The notes under the pieces: generated by a model
Databases searched by the model: none
Told to the model about the DNA's origin: nothing
The model's input: the letters and a program-made list of their open reading frames with translations, nothing else
Shown here: positions 35,813-48,576 of the stretch, piece by piece
Position numbering within the stretch: the first letter of the stretch is position 1
How the letters are laid out: the number at the start of each line of letters is the position of its first letter
Made by a program: the position numbers and the translations under genes
Assembly: GCA_964016885.1 (NCBI GenBank)
Contig: OZ024740.1
Span: 168,392,001 to 168,456,000 of the forward strand
Direction of reading: 5' to 3'
Origin: Eledone cirrhosa
Taxonomy: Eukaryota
DNA: 64,000 bases

Positions 35813-36525
35813 CTACTACTTACTACTACTTTGACGCTAAACTCTGCCAGTTGCAGACTGTGCATCAACATAAGATATTTTTCTCTGCAAAGTTCGATCA
35901 CCAACAGCAGAGTTTAAAGAGCAAAGATCAAGTCTAGTTCATAGGTTGACATTATCAAGCCATCGTTTTGGCTGCCGGCCTCTGCTTCTCTTACCAACCA
36001 ACCTTCCTTCCAGGTATAACCTACTCACACCACGAGTTGATCTTTTTATATGACCGTATAGTTTCAGTACTCTTGACTTGACAAATGATGTAACTGGTTT
36101 AAGTCTGGTAATGTTGAGCAGCTCATTGATAGAGATACTGTCGCTGAGCCGCTTGCCAGTCATAAGTCTCATGATGGGGTTCTGGAATGTAGAGAGCTTC
36201 TGAAGTGACCTTGTCGTTTAATTAACACAGTCAAGGCCCAACCTAGAGTGATATGATACTACACAGCGACTATTCCCTTATTGTTTGTTGATGGTTTGTG
36301 ACCGAGATATATAAACTCCGTAACTTGAGCAATTTGCTGTTTGTAGATTGTGAGTTGGAGATTGCCATTGTTTTTGTCATACACTCTGTTTTGGAGATGT
36401 TAATGTTTGGCCAATACATTCGGAAAGTCTGGCAGGTCAGTTCTAGAGTAACTCATGATGGCCAGATCATCTACATAGCTAAGATTTGATAGGATTTTAT
36501 CTCCTATTTGGTAGCCAGAGGAGCA
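35813..36525 (-). mobile_element. RTE-like LINE relic
   Basis: NLSYVDDLAI and LYGHIKR...LEG...GKRSRGRQPKRWLDNV; (TAG)n-like tail. Confidence 0.7.
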
Positions 36526-36700
36526 TCCTTCTTTTCTAAACAAGCAAGTGAATACTACAAGTTGAATAAAAACGACAACAAAACGACTTACTGAGGTGCC
36601 CAATCAATGAGGGTGCCTCTATGATGACACTCAGTCTTTTAGAAATAGCAACCAAATGTCCCACATATTACACTTTACTGTGATTTTTTTTTGGTTTACA

Positions 36701-36844
36701 ACAAAATTACTCGTGAGATGGACACTATTTCTATTTTATTTGTTAAGTGGGACAGTGGAGTCCCCAGTGTCTTAAAATGGAAGATCTTTGGGGACTCTAC
36801 TGTCCCACTTTTAGAAATAATGTCCACCTCAGTAGTAATTTTGT
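36701..36844. repeat. Fold-back (palindromic) element
   Basis: acaaaattact..tgagatggacactatttcta and aagtgggacagtggagtcccca pair with tggggactctactgtcccactt and tagaaataatgtccacctca..agtaattttgt. Confidence 0.85.
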
Positions 36845-38089
36845 CGAACACAGGGGACAAGTAGCTAACTAGAGCTTTTTTGAAGTAGTAGATACACACC
36901 TACTTATTTCATGTAGCTTTGTTGCACCAAAAATAAATCATTTTAGTCCTGACCATCCAGTGTTTTATTCAGACTCAGTGTATCCAGGAGTATATTAGTT
37001 TATGTGTCCACTTTAAAGACAGTAAGGTGTGATATGTACGGCATTTGGCTGCCATTTCTAAATGGCTCAACAGGATGCTAACACTAAAAACTACAGTTAA
37101 AACTGATAATTTATAATGAAAGTTCTGATCTATCACTATCATCAAGGGTGTTTCTGCCATGTCATTAAAATCAACTGTACAGTACAGTTTAAATACATTC
37201 ATATTCATTGTAGGGTGAGAGGAAGTAATATATGTTTCAAAGCTTACCTTTCATATGAAAGAGAAGAAAATGTTCATCTCCCAGCATTCTCATGAAATCA
37301 CCACCGACAGTGTACAGTGGGCTAAAATTGTTTTAGTCCCCATTTGCATGTATCTTGGTAAAAATTGGAGCTATGCCAGTGAATGAGGGCTTGTTGGGAG
37401 TGAATTGGTTTACTAAATATAGAAAAATCATAAATTTGTTTAAAGTTTGAAATATTGGGGGTCTGGGGCCAAATTTCCATATTTTGGGCATTTGGGACCA
37501 AACTCCCATTTTGTCATATCTTGGCAAATATTTATCATGGAATGTTTCTTGAGAACTCATTGAAAGTGTATTAGAATACTAAATATGAAAACATTATAAT
37601 ATTTTAAGATTTATTAAATTTTGGAAGTTTGGGGATTTAGGCTGACTCCCCCTTTTTATAGACATTTTACCACCCGTTTTATTTAAAACATGTTTGAACA
37701 GTTATTGTTAGTCATAATAGTATAAAAAGTCGATAGTTTAGCAAGTTTTCTAGAACTTAACTGTGGTTTCAATATGAATATATCAAACTACATATAGTCA
37801 CAGATGAAAACAGAATATAAACATTCTACAAACCAGCGGAGATAAAAAAAATAAAAAAAGACCTGTCAACTCTCCCAAGAAAAGACCTGTCAAGATCGCC
37901 CAGCCCCTTTGGGGTGGGTGAGGGATGTCTTCTCTTGTGAAAATAGGTATTGCTTTCATTATGTAAAATCTCCACATTTTGCCTCATTTCTCCCCATTTT
38001 GGGTCATTTTAGGGTCATTTGGGGTTTTAGAGGTTGTCAGGTCTGATTTATCTGTCATATTAAGAATTATCTCATCAAAGACAAAGGTG

Positions 38090-38330
38090 TATGTATTTGT
38101 TGTCAATTCTTTTCCCTGGGCGAGAATCATTACCTTATTTCACTAGATCCTTGGACATTCCTAGGAACTCATTGAATTAAATGGTGGCTACAGCATTGGA
38201 CCCCCTAGTCAATGCTGGTATGGAACGTTGCCATAAAGTTTTATATGCAATTCAAACAAATTTCCGAGCAGACTAACTTTATTGACACAATTCATCATAT
38301 GTGGACTGCATCTGATCCAATGGTCAACCA
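38090..38330 (+). mobile_element. Transib/Chapaev-like (RAG1-core-related) transposase relic
   Basis: Manual translation across stops and frameshifts: FPWARIITLFH*ILGHS*ELIELNGGYSIG..AGMERCHKVL..NFIDTIHHMWTASDPMV. Confidence 0.65.
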
Positions 38331-38697
38331 GTCAACCAGGAAAGGGTGAAGTGGTGGCATTATCGTAAGTTCTGTTTGTGGACATTCAACACATTACTGT
38401 GTTGAAAAAAGCCTCTCAAAGTACTGAAGAAACCTTAGTGATGATGTCAAGTTATTCAAGTCTCTGACAAAGTTAAGTGCTGAACATGTCACTACATTAT
38501 TCAATTGGCTGTCACTTATGTTTTTTCATTGGTTGTTTAGATTCTTTAGATTATTCTAATTTAATAGCCTCTGGATTGCAGGTTAAAAATTTACAAGTTA
38601 AAAGATTTCCTGAAGAGGTAACTGGTTGAGAATTTTTTTTAAATTTGTGTATTGACAGTTTTGGGATCAGAATAACCTATACATTGTCCATTCAAAT

Positions 38698-40114
38698 CAG
38701 AGGTGCTCAAAGTGGGCGCTATCGCCCCCATGGTGCGCTGGGGCCTAAGGGTTGGTGAAGGATGGTAGAGATTATATAATCTATATATTAATTTCAAGAA
38801 CATCAGTATTCCGTGTGTCATAATTCTCAATTATCATTGGTTCATAGGTTTCAAACGACTCCGCCCACCTCAACGACGCCAAACTTAAATTAATACGCAT
38901 AATGCCAATGAAGGACTGAGAGGGGAGAGTAAGAAACAGAGAGGCAAAGTGAACGCTGTAACTATTACCATGTGTGCGTGTGTATGTACGTGCGCGTATG
39001 TTTGTGTGTGTGCGTGCAGCGTCCCACAGAAATTAAAAACTATCAACGTGTGAGTGTGTAAGTGTGTGTAAGTTTGCGTTTGTGTGTGTAAGTGGGGCGT
39101 TCCACAATCGCCACGCAGTTTATCTGTCTGTGTGCCTGTCTATCAGTCTAACATACACAGAGTTGTAAAGGGAGTAAATAGGGACCTTTTTTTACATTGA
39201 CGGACATCTTTTATATTTATTATTATGTCATTTTTTGACATTTGCTCAAAATGAATACTGATAATAAAAGCAATTCGACTTTATCAAACAGTGAACTACA
39301 GCGGCAACGGCGTGCAGCCAGGAATGAAGAAAAACGGGCCGAACAGCGCCATAGGAACACCGAACTTCAGAGGCAAAGACATGTCGCCATGAATGAAGAG
39401 GAGCTGGCTGAACAACGCCAACGAAACACTGGAGCCAAGCAGCGACGGCGTGCTGCGATAGTTGAAGACGAACTGGCTGAGCATCATCTTTTATATTAAT
39501 TATCTATATCTATATCTACATATAATATAAAAGACTGGAATTTCCATCATCCTTTTGAGAAACGTGGAACAACCACGTCTATGCAATGATACACGTTTTA
39601 CAGTCAAGCAGAAGATGAACCATCGCCTAGAGGTCACTATTCTAGGTGGGGGCACCTAGACTTGTTCATATACTATGCACAAACGGTACAACGAAGAATC
39701 TGGTATATCTGGAAGATTTTTTTTTTTTACTGTTTTCTGTACCACACTGACACCACGGACTCGCCTCATACTGTAACCAGACAAACATCCAATACAATCA
39801 TTTTCTCTTTTACCTGTCTTCTCTTATCATCTGTTTACCCAGGCGAGGCCGGGTACGTCAGCTAGTAATATATTAAATATCAAATGATACATATTATATA
39901 CAAATATAGTAAAATAAAAAATATATATTTATTCCTACATAGTATATATTATATTATTTATTATATATAAATTAACGATTTTATTTATTATCTATTATTT
40001 ACAATTTGCATGTAGGCAGGTCTCTCTGGAAATAGAGGTGGGGACACTGAGGGTATTACGTCACCATGAGGGGCAGGGCAGGGGGCCGTGGCCTAAAAAG
40101 TTTGAGAACCTCTG
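38698..40114. mobile_element. Non-autonomous hAT (Charlie-like) element
   Basis: TIRs CAGAGGTGCTCAAA / TTTGAGAACCTCTG (1 mismatch); 8-bp TSD attcaaat / atttaaat. Confidence 0.8.
38780..39865 (+). mobile_element. Deleted Helitron inserted in the hAT element
   Basis: 5' A|TCTATATA; R/E-rich repeat ORF 39242-39499; Pif1 helicase remnant IILLRNVEQPRLCNDTRFTVK...LEVTIL; 3' hairpin ACCCaGGCgagGCCGGGT then CTAG|T. Confidence 0.85.
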
Positions 40115-40352
40115 ATTTAAATGATACCTAGAAGATATTTTGAATAGTCACTTAACAAGGAGTTGTACAAAAGGATAAGATAAACCTGGGTTCACAACAT
40201 TGTATCAAGATATTTGTCCCTGTTGAGAATGATGAGCTTCAAATTTTATGATTTTTTGAGGTGATTTGTTTTCCATTTTGTTTTCTTTTTTTCAAACTTT
40301 TCACCAGTTTCCAACCCCCAATGTGCCTTGTTTAATGCCAAAATAGAGGTAA

Positions 40353-41588
40353 CTAGCAGCTGAGCCCGGTTGCACCCGGGCCACTTTTTATTAAGTTAAT
40401 AATTTGAAAAATATTATTGAAAGTTTATTATAAAGAAGCAGTATCAGGAAAAAAATAGAAATATGTACTTGGGGCTGGATGGCGTACAATGAGAAGTGGA
40501 GCGACGTGAAAAGCATTGTTTATTAACAGCGAAATAGCAATGTCGATGATATGTAAGTTTGAAAATGCAGATTATGAAGGTTTGTATGATAGTTTACACT
40601 TTGATTGCCCTGATCAGCAAGAGGGGCCTTTATATATTAGATGTTTATTAGAAGAGGGGGAAATAACTAACCCCAGTATTAGAACAGAGGGTTCGCAATG
40701 TAAGGGTTTTATTTCTTTTGTTAGAAAACAGTTACCTTTTTCGGTTTGGCATTTCGTAAAATTCTACTGCAGAATCGATTTCATAAAACGGTACTGTATG
40801 ATTGTTATAGAAGTATTTAAATTTAATATAGAGCAACTGTAATTGAAAAATGAAACGTACTGTAGAAAGCAACAGTTTATTAACAGCGAAATAACGTCTT
40901 TGATATGTTATTTTAAATAAGACAATGAATATTTTTAAAAAAACTGAATTAATTAACTCAGCAACTAAAGGGCTTATAGATCCCATTCATTAAGTTTGCA
41001 TGCATGTATTCTTTAAACTTTTCATTTGACTTTGAAAAATACTACTTACTGTTAGTGGTGGTTAACATGTATTAGAATTAAAATAAAAATGATATCGGAA
41101 AAAACGTACCTGAGAACACGCGTCCCTTCTTCGCAATTTAAGGGTTTTATTTCTTTTGATGGAAAACAGTGACCGTTTTCGGTTTGGCATTTCATAAAAT
41201 GGTACTGCAGAATCGATTTCATAAAATGGCACTGTATGTTAACAGCGAAAGAACGTTGTGTTTGATATGTTATGAAAAAATTGATGAGTTTAAAAATTTG
41301 TATGAAATTGTAAATAAGACAATGAATATTGAAAGCGACTACGGAAAATAACTCATCCAAGTATTAGTACAGGGGGAAATAACTCACCAAAAGCGATAGT
41401 AAATAGACCGTTTTGGGGCCCTAGGGACCACATTTTTCAAGTTAGAGATTTGAAACCTCGTCTATTTGCTTCCTTGGCACTTTTTACATAGGTGTGTAAA
41501 TTTTCATGTCCGGTCGACTACGTCTACTACAATTTAACCGTGCACAACTGAATTTCAACAACCACCCATTTCACAAATATATATTAGA
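40353..41588 (-). mobile_element. Non-autonomous Helitron, unit 1
   Basis: Minus strand: starts TCTAATATAT at 41588, ends with a GC-rich hairpin (40365-40380) and CTAG|T at 40353. Confidence 0.8.
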
Positions 41589-43561
41589 CTAGCAGAGGTA
41601 TCCGGCGTTGCTCGGATATTAAATAGCAGTTGTGTATACCATTTATGTCAATACTTCAGTGCTGCTTCGAAAACTATACTTTTACAAAATCATCGGCTTT
41701 TTCCAAAAGGGGGTTCCTGCCCCCAGGAGTCCCCTACCCAATATGTGCCAATTCTGAGAGTTCACATTCATCTGTAGGACAAACGTAGCCCATGTGTCAA
41801 GTTTTGTGAAAATCGGTTGCGAACTCCAGAAGTTATGACGTTTTGTTGCATTGCACTGCAGTGTTTCAGTCGACTCCAAGGAAGTGGTTAAAGGGGTTAT
41901 CTGCCGGGGGGGGGGGGAGGGCCTATAATCAATATCTGGAACAATGACAATGCCCATGACCATCCGGAGTACATAAGTAACCTATGTCTTAAGTTTGGTG
42001 AAAATACTGTAGAAATGCATAAGATTTATACATACGCGCGTGGGTTCGTGTGTGGGTGTGTATGTATTTGTGTGTGCGTATGTATGTGTATGTCCGTCGG
42101 GGCATACGTATGTACTGGCCTAAATCTTTACTTTTACTATTTTAATAACCTCTGTCATTTTCGTTTTCAATTTTATTTACATAATTCTTAAACTCCGGGG
42201 CTGGAAATCATTCTGTTATTTTAAATAGAATATTAGTCTAACGACTCCATTTATACCATAAACTTGGTCTTGTCTTTGCATGAAATTGTTCTTCACGCTC
42301 CACATAACGACGTATTATCTTCGCTTTTTCCCTGTTCATTGCCAGGGAACGTCTTCACGAACCAAAATATCGCCTTCCTGTTTTCGTTCGGTTGCAACGT
42401 TTCTCGAAATATTTAATTCTGCGTTCACAGATTACTCTCAGTTCAATTTGAATGGGAAATTCCTGTTTCATCGATTTTCTCTGTAACCATGGAAGCTTGT
42501 AGTAGCCAAAAGTTTATTAACAGCGAAATAATGTTGTCTTTGATATGTTATTTTAAATAAGACAATGATTTGAAAAATACTACTTACTGTTAGTGGTGGT
42601 TAACATGTATTAGAAATAAAATGAAAATGATATCTGAAAAAACGTACTTGAGAACATGACTCCCTTCTTCGCAATTTAAGGGTTTTATTTCTTTTGATGG
42701 AAAACTGACTGTTTTCGGTTTGGCATTTCGTAAAATGATACTGCAGAATTGATTTCATAAAACGGTACTGTATGATAGTTTACACTTTGATTGCCCTGGT
42801 CAGCAAGATGGGCCTCTATATATTAGATATTTATTAGAAGAGGGGGAAATAACTAACCCCAGTATTAAAACAGGGGGTTCGCAATGTAAGGGTTTTATTT
42901 CTTTTGTTAGAAAACAGTTACCTTTTTCGTTTTGGCATTTCGTAAAATTCTACTGCAGAATCGATTTCAGAAAACAGTACTGTATGATCGTTATAGAATT
43001 ATTTAAATTTAATATAGAGCAATTGTATTTTAAAAATGAAAATGAAACGTACTGTAGTAGCCAAAAGTTTATTAACAGCGAAATAACGTTGTCTTTGATA
43101 TGTTATTTTAAATAAGACAATAAATCGAAAAATATTACTTACTGTTAGTGGTGGTTAACATGTATTAGAAATAAAATGAAAATGATATCTGAAAAAACGT
43201 ACTTGAGAACATGACTCCCTTCTTCGCATTTTAAGGGTTTTATATCTTTTGATGGAAAACAGTGACTGTTTTTGGATTGGCATTTCGTAAAATGGTACTG
43301 TATGTTAACAGCGAAAGAAAGCTGCGAAATAAATTGATGAGTTAGTATTAGAACAGGGGGAAATAACTCACCGAACGCGATAGTTTTGGGGCCCCAGGGA
43401 CCACATTTTTCAAGTTAAAGATTTGAAACCTCATCTATTTGCTTCCTTGGCACTTTTTACATAGGTGTGTAAATTTCCATGTCCGTTCGACCACGTCTAC
43501 TACCATTTAACCGTGCACATCTGAATTTCAACCACCGCCCATTTCACAAATATATATTAGA
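41589..43561 (-). mobile_element. Non-autonomous Helitron, unit 2 (chimeric)
   Basis: Minus strand: A|TCTAATATAT at 43561; 5' part homologous to unit 1 with internal duplications; different 3' end (hairpin tccggcgttgctcgga, CTAG at 41589-41592). Confidence 0.78.
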
Positions 43562-43982
43562 TTACCATTCAAAATTAGTGCACCCAGTTTTAAGGTGTTT
43601 AAAATCTTATGTATGAACATTTTACATCGGAAATTGGATGATTTTTTACCCCCTTAAACTTCCCATCACATATATTTACTGATATCTTAAAATCTGGAGG
43701 AGTGCTCATATCAAAACAATACTTTCTGAGAGCTTAGCTTAAGTGCTTTCAGAGAATAGTGAGGTTTAGTACGAGCACACCACTGGATTTTGTTATTTGA
43801 AATGTGTAAAATTTTGAGCTAAAAAAATTGATGAAAATATGCCATTTCTCACATCAAAAGCCAATTTCAAATGATTGATTTCTGAATTTAACTAGTACTT
43901 TATTGTAAAATAGAGTTTTTTTCTTGAAATTTTGTCATTCCAAAAAATATGGCAAAATGCAGACATTCCAAGGGCTGTTTTT

Positions 43983-44655
43983 CATCATCATCATCATCAT
44001 CACCATATTACGTCTGCTTTTCCCTGCTTGCAAGGGTGGGACGGGTCCTATTCAGCACAGCATCTCTCCACTTGTCACGGACCTTTGTCATCTCCACCGT
44101 GAGCTTCAGCAATCTGAGGTCTGCTCTCACCACCTCTGCCCATGTTTTTGTGGTCTTCCTCTAGTACGTCTTCCTTCAACTGGCATTTCTTGGCACTTCT
44201 TCACCCATCGGTCATCCTCCATGCGCATCACATGTCCATACCATCGCAGTCTCCTCTCCCGCACACAACAATTTATCCCTCTCAGACACAGTTTCTCTCT
44301 CAACACATCCATGCTCGGCCATTCACGCACATTGACATTGCACATCCAATGGAGCATGCTTGTCTCATTTCTCTCCAGCCGTCGCACATCCTCTGCAGTT
44401 GCTACCCATGACTCACTACCATGCAGCATCGCGCTCCTCACACAGGCATCATATAACCAGCCTTTCGTATGCAGGGAGAAACCCTTCTTTGTCAGCAGAG
44501 GAAGCAGCTCCTTACACTTCTTCCAACCCGTCCTTATTCTAGATACTATGGCCTCGGAACCCCTCCCCTCCCATGCTAATCTGATCACCTTGGTGCCAGA
44601 AGCTATCAACCACTTCTATAGCACCCACCTGCATTTGAAAAATGTGTCTATCAAT
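43983..44655 (-). mobile_element. RTE LINE family A 3' fragment
   Basis: Reverse-complement match to 23765-24430; (ATC)n tail. Confidence 0.92.
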
Positions 44656-44797
44656 GCGACTTTATGATAGTGAGTTTTTTCTAACAATGCTAACTTAATT
44701 TTTAGGTCATATTCAAGGTAGCATAACTTATTGAATTGTGTGTGGGTGTGGGTAACAATTGCTAACTTAATTTTTAGGGCGTATTCAAGGTAGCATA

Positions 44798-44980
44798 TTG
44801 GCAGTATCGGTAGAGGGTCGGACGACATGCTTTCCAGCATAGTTACGTCCCTTTACGATCTGAGTTCAAATCCCGCCGAGGTTGACTTTGCCTTTCATCC
44901 TTACGGGGTCGATAAAATAAAGTACCAGTAATGCACTGGGTAATTGCTGGCCTTGTGCCAAAAGTAGAAACAATTATTAT
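44798..44980 (+). mobile_element. SINE family 1
   Basis: B box gagttcaaatccc and ATT tail; TSD ttattgaattgtgtgtg at 44728 and 44977. Confidence 0.9.
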
Positions 44981-45065
44981 TGAATTGTGTGTGTGTGTGA
45001 GAAATAGTTGCAACTCATTCAATCTATGCCAGCAAAGAAAACAGGTTTAAGATGATAATAATAAT

Positions 45066-45252
45066 TGTTTCTACTTTTGGCACAAGGCCAGCAATTACCC
45101 AGTGCATTACTGGTACTTTATTTTATCGACCCCGTAAGGATGAAAGGCAAAGTTAACCTCGGCGGGATTTGAACTCAGAATAGCAAGGGCCGTAACTCTA
45201 TGCGTCAAAGCATGGCATCTGACCCTCTACCGATACTGCCAATCCACCACCC
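45066..45252 (-). mobile_element. SINE family 1 with 18-bp TSD
   Basis: TSD taagatgataataataat at 45048-45065 and 45253-45270. Confidence 0.9.
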
Positions 45253-45272
45253 TAAGATGATAATAATAATGA

Positions 45273-45895
45273 CAATTATTGTGTACAGTGCACAGGGGTA
45301 CTACAACTTGTCAAAGGTACATGTATAGTACATAGAATAATGTTCAAATGTTAGGAAAATGATCAATGTATGAGTCATGATATACACACAAATACATACG
45401 TGTGTATGGAGGGGGAATATTAGGTGTAGTGTTGGTGAATTTCGAGAAGCATGGAAGTTTGAAGGATGCAGTGTCCTGACAACTAACAACTGATACAGGT
45501 AGTTTGTTTCATGCTTCAGTAAAAATGTTTTCGAAAGTCATGTTTTCTGGTTTTGTAAGCATATCCATGGGTGCTAGACATATGGAATTCAAAAAGGTGC
45601 TCAGGGTTTTTGTTGGAAAGATGGTTAATAATCTTGTGAGTGTCTACCAAGTCAGTTGCCGGATCTCAGAGCTTTAATGTATCCATGCCCAGGGAAGCAA
45701 GGCGTTCAGAGTATAGTAGATGCTTGATGGAAGGTATTCATTTGGTTGTATGTCTCTGAACAGTTTCCAGGAGATCAATATTCTGAGCAAGATAGGGGTT
45801 CCAGACTGGAGATGCAAATTCTAAGTGTGGATGCACCATAGCTATATACAGCTTTAAATAGATAGCTGGAGAGCAGATGACAATGGTCTTCCTGA
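45273..45895 (-). mobile_element. CR1-like LINE 3' fragment
   Basis: YLKLYIAMVHPHLEFASPVWNPYLAQNIDLLETVQRH remnant; 3' end matches the + strand copy at 60290-60600. Confidence 0.75.
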
Positions 45896-46911
45896 TGATA
45901 ATATAAGTAAGAATTACAATCTGTCATGGAATATCTTAAAACACATCAGTGTGATGAATATATAAAAACAGTATAGCACTGAACTAAATATTTTCCCAGT
46001 CAATGTTATCAAATTCTGCTTAAATTAATTTAATCCTTCATTTCTCTGGGACCAATAAAATAAGCAGCAGTAACATCTGATTTGAAGAAGTTATTTGGCT
46101 GCTATTTACATTAGCTATAGCAACTAAGTACAGTTTCTCTAAGTGGCTTATCATCACACTTATAAGTCTTTTATATAATAAACCTTCTTATGTATTAATC
46201 TATTCATTTAATTATAAATGACAAAATAAAATACACCCAATCATTCTGTAAAAGGGATAGTGTTAAGAAGACATCTAGCTATAGAAGCTGGACCAAAAAT
46301 GAAATATATGTGCAAAATGTGGCTCTCAAACCCATCTTGTTACAAGACCTGGCAACCCATTCAGCCATATCAACTTCGAAAAACAAACATAAAATGATAA
46401 TTCATTTACTTATATATTTGCTAGTTTATTCATCACAAAAAACAAATTTACCTGTTTAAATTCTTTCAATTCTAAATCGAAGACAGCAAATTTACCAAAG
46501 TTTCAGAGCATCAGATGAACTACCTTATTTATTCTGGCTGCTTGTGTTCTATGTTCAAATTCCACCAAGATCAAATTTGCTTTTCATTTTTCTAAAGTCA
46601 ATAAATAAAGCACCAGTGTGCGGACGCCCTTTCTAATATGTATATATGTATTTATGTGTGCAGTTGTCTCCATGTTTCACATGTTTCTCAGCTGTGCAAA
46701 GTTCAGTACCTTAAAAAAAGACAAGGGTGGACATCAGGAAGCTCCTCCAGCTGTAGGATACTGTCTTAAAAAAATCTCATCCAACTCAGTTTAGCTTAGA
46801 AAAATGGGTGTAAAAACCATGATGATGATAATGACAAATGAAATGGTCTTATAACAAAAGTGTTTTATTACTTTAGAATTTATTCATTCTATTTGTTTTG
46901 AAGAATCAGTC

Positions 46912-47024
46912 ATGGCTGAAAATGAACAGAGAGCTGCCTCTAATGATAGAACAGAAGAAAACAGTTTCTGGATCAATAAGTGGCACAATAGGGATATTCA
47001 TTTCCACTTAGAAAACATGCACAT
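46912..47024 (+). CDS. TPMT: Thiopurine S-methyltransferase, coding exon 1
   Basis: Acceptor ttttgaAG (46902-46903), ATG at 46912, translates MAENEQRAASNDRTEENSFWINKWHNRDIHFHLENMH with the TPMT W-x3-W...FH N-terminal motif; GTAAGT donor at 47025, phase 2. Confidence 0.9.
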
Positions 47025-47050
47025 GTAAGTTAATTCTTTTAACTAATTAA

Positions 47051-47201
47051 CCCTTTCATTATCATATTTCTAATGAAAGACACTACATTAAGCTGATGTT
47101 TGAAACATAACTTATGATTTTTAAATAAATATAAACACTTTAAAATAAAGTTTTGTATCATATAACCAGAGGTAGTTTCAGGTGCTTTGGTATCAAAAGG
47201 G
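47051..47201. mobile_element. piggyBac-type MITE
   Basis: TTAA|CCCTTT...AAAGGG|TTAA termini and TSD. Confidence 0.7.
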
Positions 47202-48483
47202 TTAAGAATCACATTTGGCTTCAGTTATTGTTTAATTCCTGACCAGGGTCAGCTCTGATTGAATAGACATATGACCAAACATGTCACGGGGTTCTAACTA
47301 TCCCATTTTTCTTTTTCAGACACAGTATATAAAACCCATATTATCCAATGTATTCTTTCCTTTATACTTCAATTCAATGTTCAGGTTAGCCTCACAATGG
47401 CATACTGCTCCTACACATGAGATGGGGATGCTGTTGCACACACAGACATCCTAGACCTACAAATCATTGAATGTAGGGCTGGAAATGTGGGCCTCTAATT
47501 CATTCTTAATATGGTGAAGCATTTAAGGGGAAATAATTTACTGAGATGTAAAAAAAAAAAGTAAAATAGTTACAACCAGGAATTGAAATTAGGTTGCAAG
47601 TATGGTTCACTAAGTTGCAGTTTCAATACTGTTGTGCTTAAAAAGAATCTTCGTCCTAACTCTTACTCAATACCACTATATCTACATATGTCAGCTGCTT
47701 CAATGTTCCCTTTGATAGGAAGTGAGTCCTTCCATAAAACAGCAAATGGAAGTAGGAACATTGCCAAGCTGTTGTTGCCATTATTGTTTAGCTCATCATA
47801 GTTTCTGTAACACAAACAAACTATGAAAGTAGTTTGATCAAATTACACAACTGACAGAAAATCAAAACGGATAGCATTTTATTTTTAACCTTTTTTTCAT
47901 CTATTGTAATTAATGCAACTAATAATGTATTTGGGTATTTAGTTGTTATTTAACTCCTAGTCAATCCTAATTGAGTAGACCTATGATCAAAGCCATTCCA
48001 GCTGTCACTGGTACCATACTATAGTCTTAGTACCATTTAAGACTATACTGTCCTACTGCATGACTTCTTGGGTAAGTGTCTTTACTATAGCCTCAGATTG
48101 ACCCAAGCCTTGTAAGTGAAATTGGGTAGACAGAAACTATTTAGAAAGTCATGAAATGTATTTTATCTGTAATTCAAAGATCCAGTTTATATATAGTCAT
48201 GATGATTCAGCTTGGAAATTACATTAAAGGCACATTTGTCTGTGGAATACTCAGTTACTCACATCAATTTAGGCAAGTTGGATATTCAATTTGTCAAACA
48301 ACTGAATGCTTATTAAAACTGCTGAAGGATCCATCACTGATAGAATAAGTACTAGAATATATTGCAGTTTAATCAACTTCTTTCTAATTGAACAATTAGA
48401 CTGGTTCACTGACAAAAGAAATCATTATTTTTGTTGTTAAATATTATTGAATTAATCATCTATTTTTATCATATTTTTTTAAG

Positions 48484-48576
48484 ATCTCTTCAAAAACATT
48501 TGGACAAACTCACTGATGGAAGAAATGAAATAAAGGTTCTCTTTCCCCTCTGTGGAAAATGTGTAGATATGAAAGA
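48484..48576 (+). CDS. TPMT: TPMT coding exon 2 (93 nt)
   Basis: Poly-T + AG acceptor; (I)SLQKHLDKLTDGRNEIKVLFPLCGKCVDMK contains the SAM-binding motif I FPLCGK; GTAAGT donor at 48577. Confidence 0.95.
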
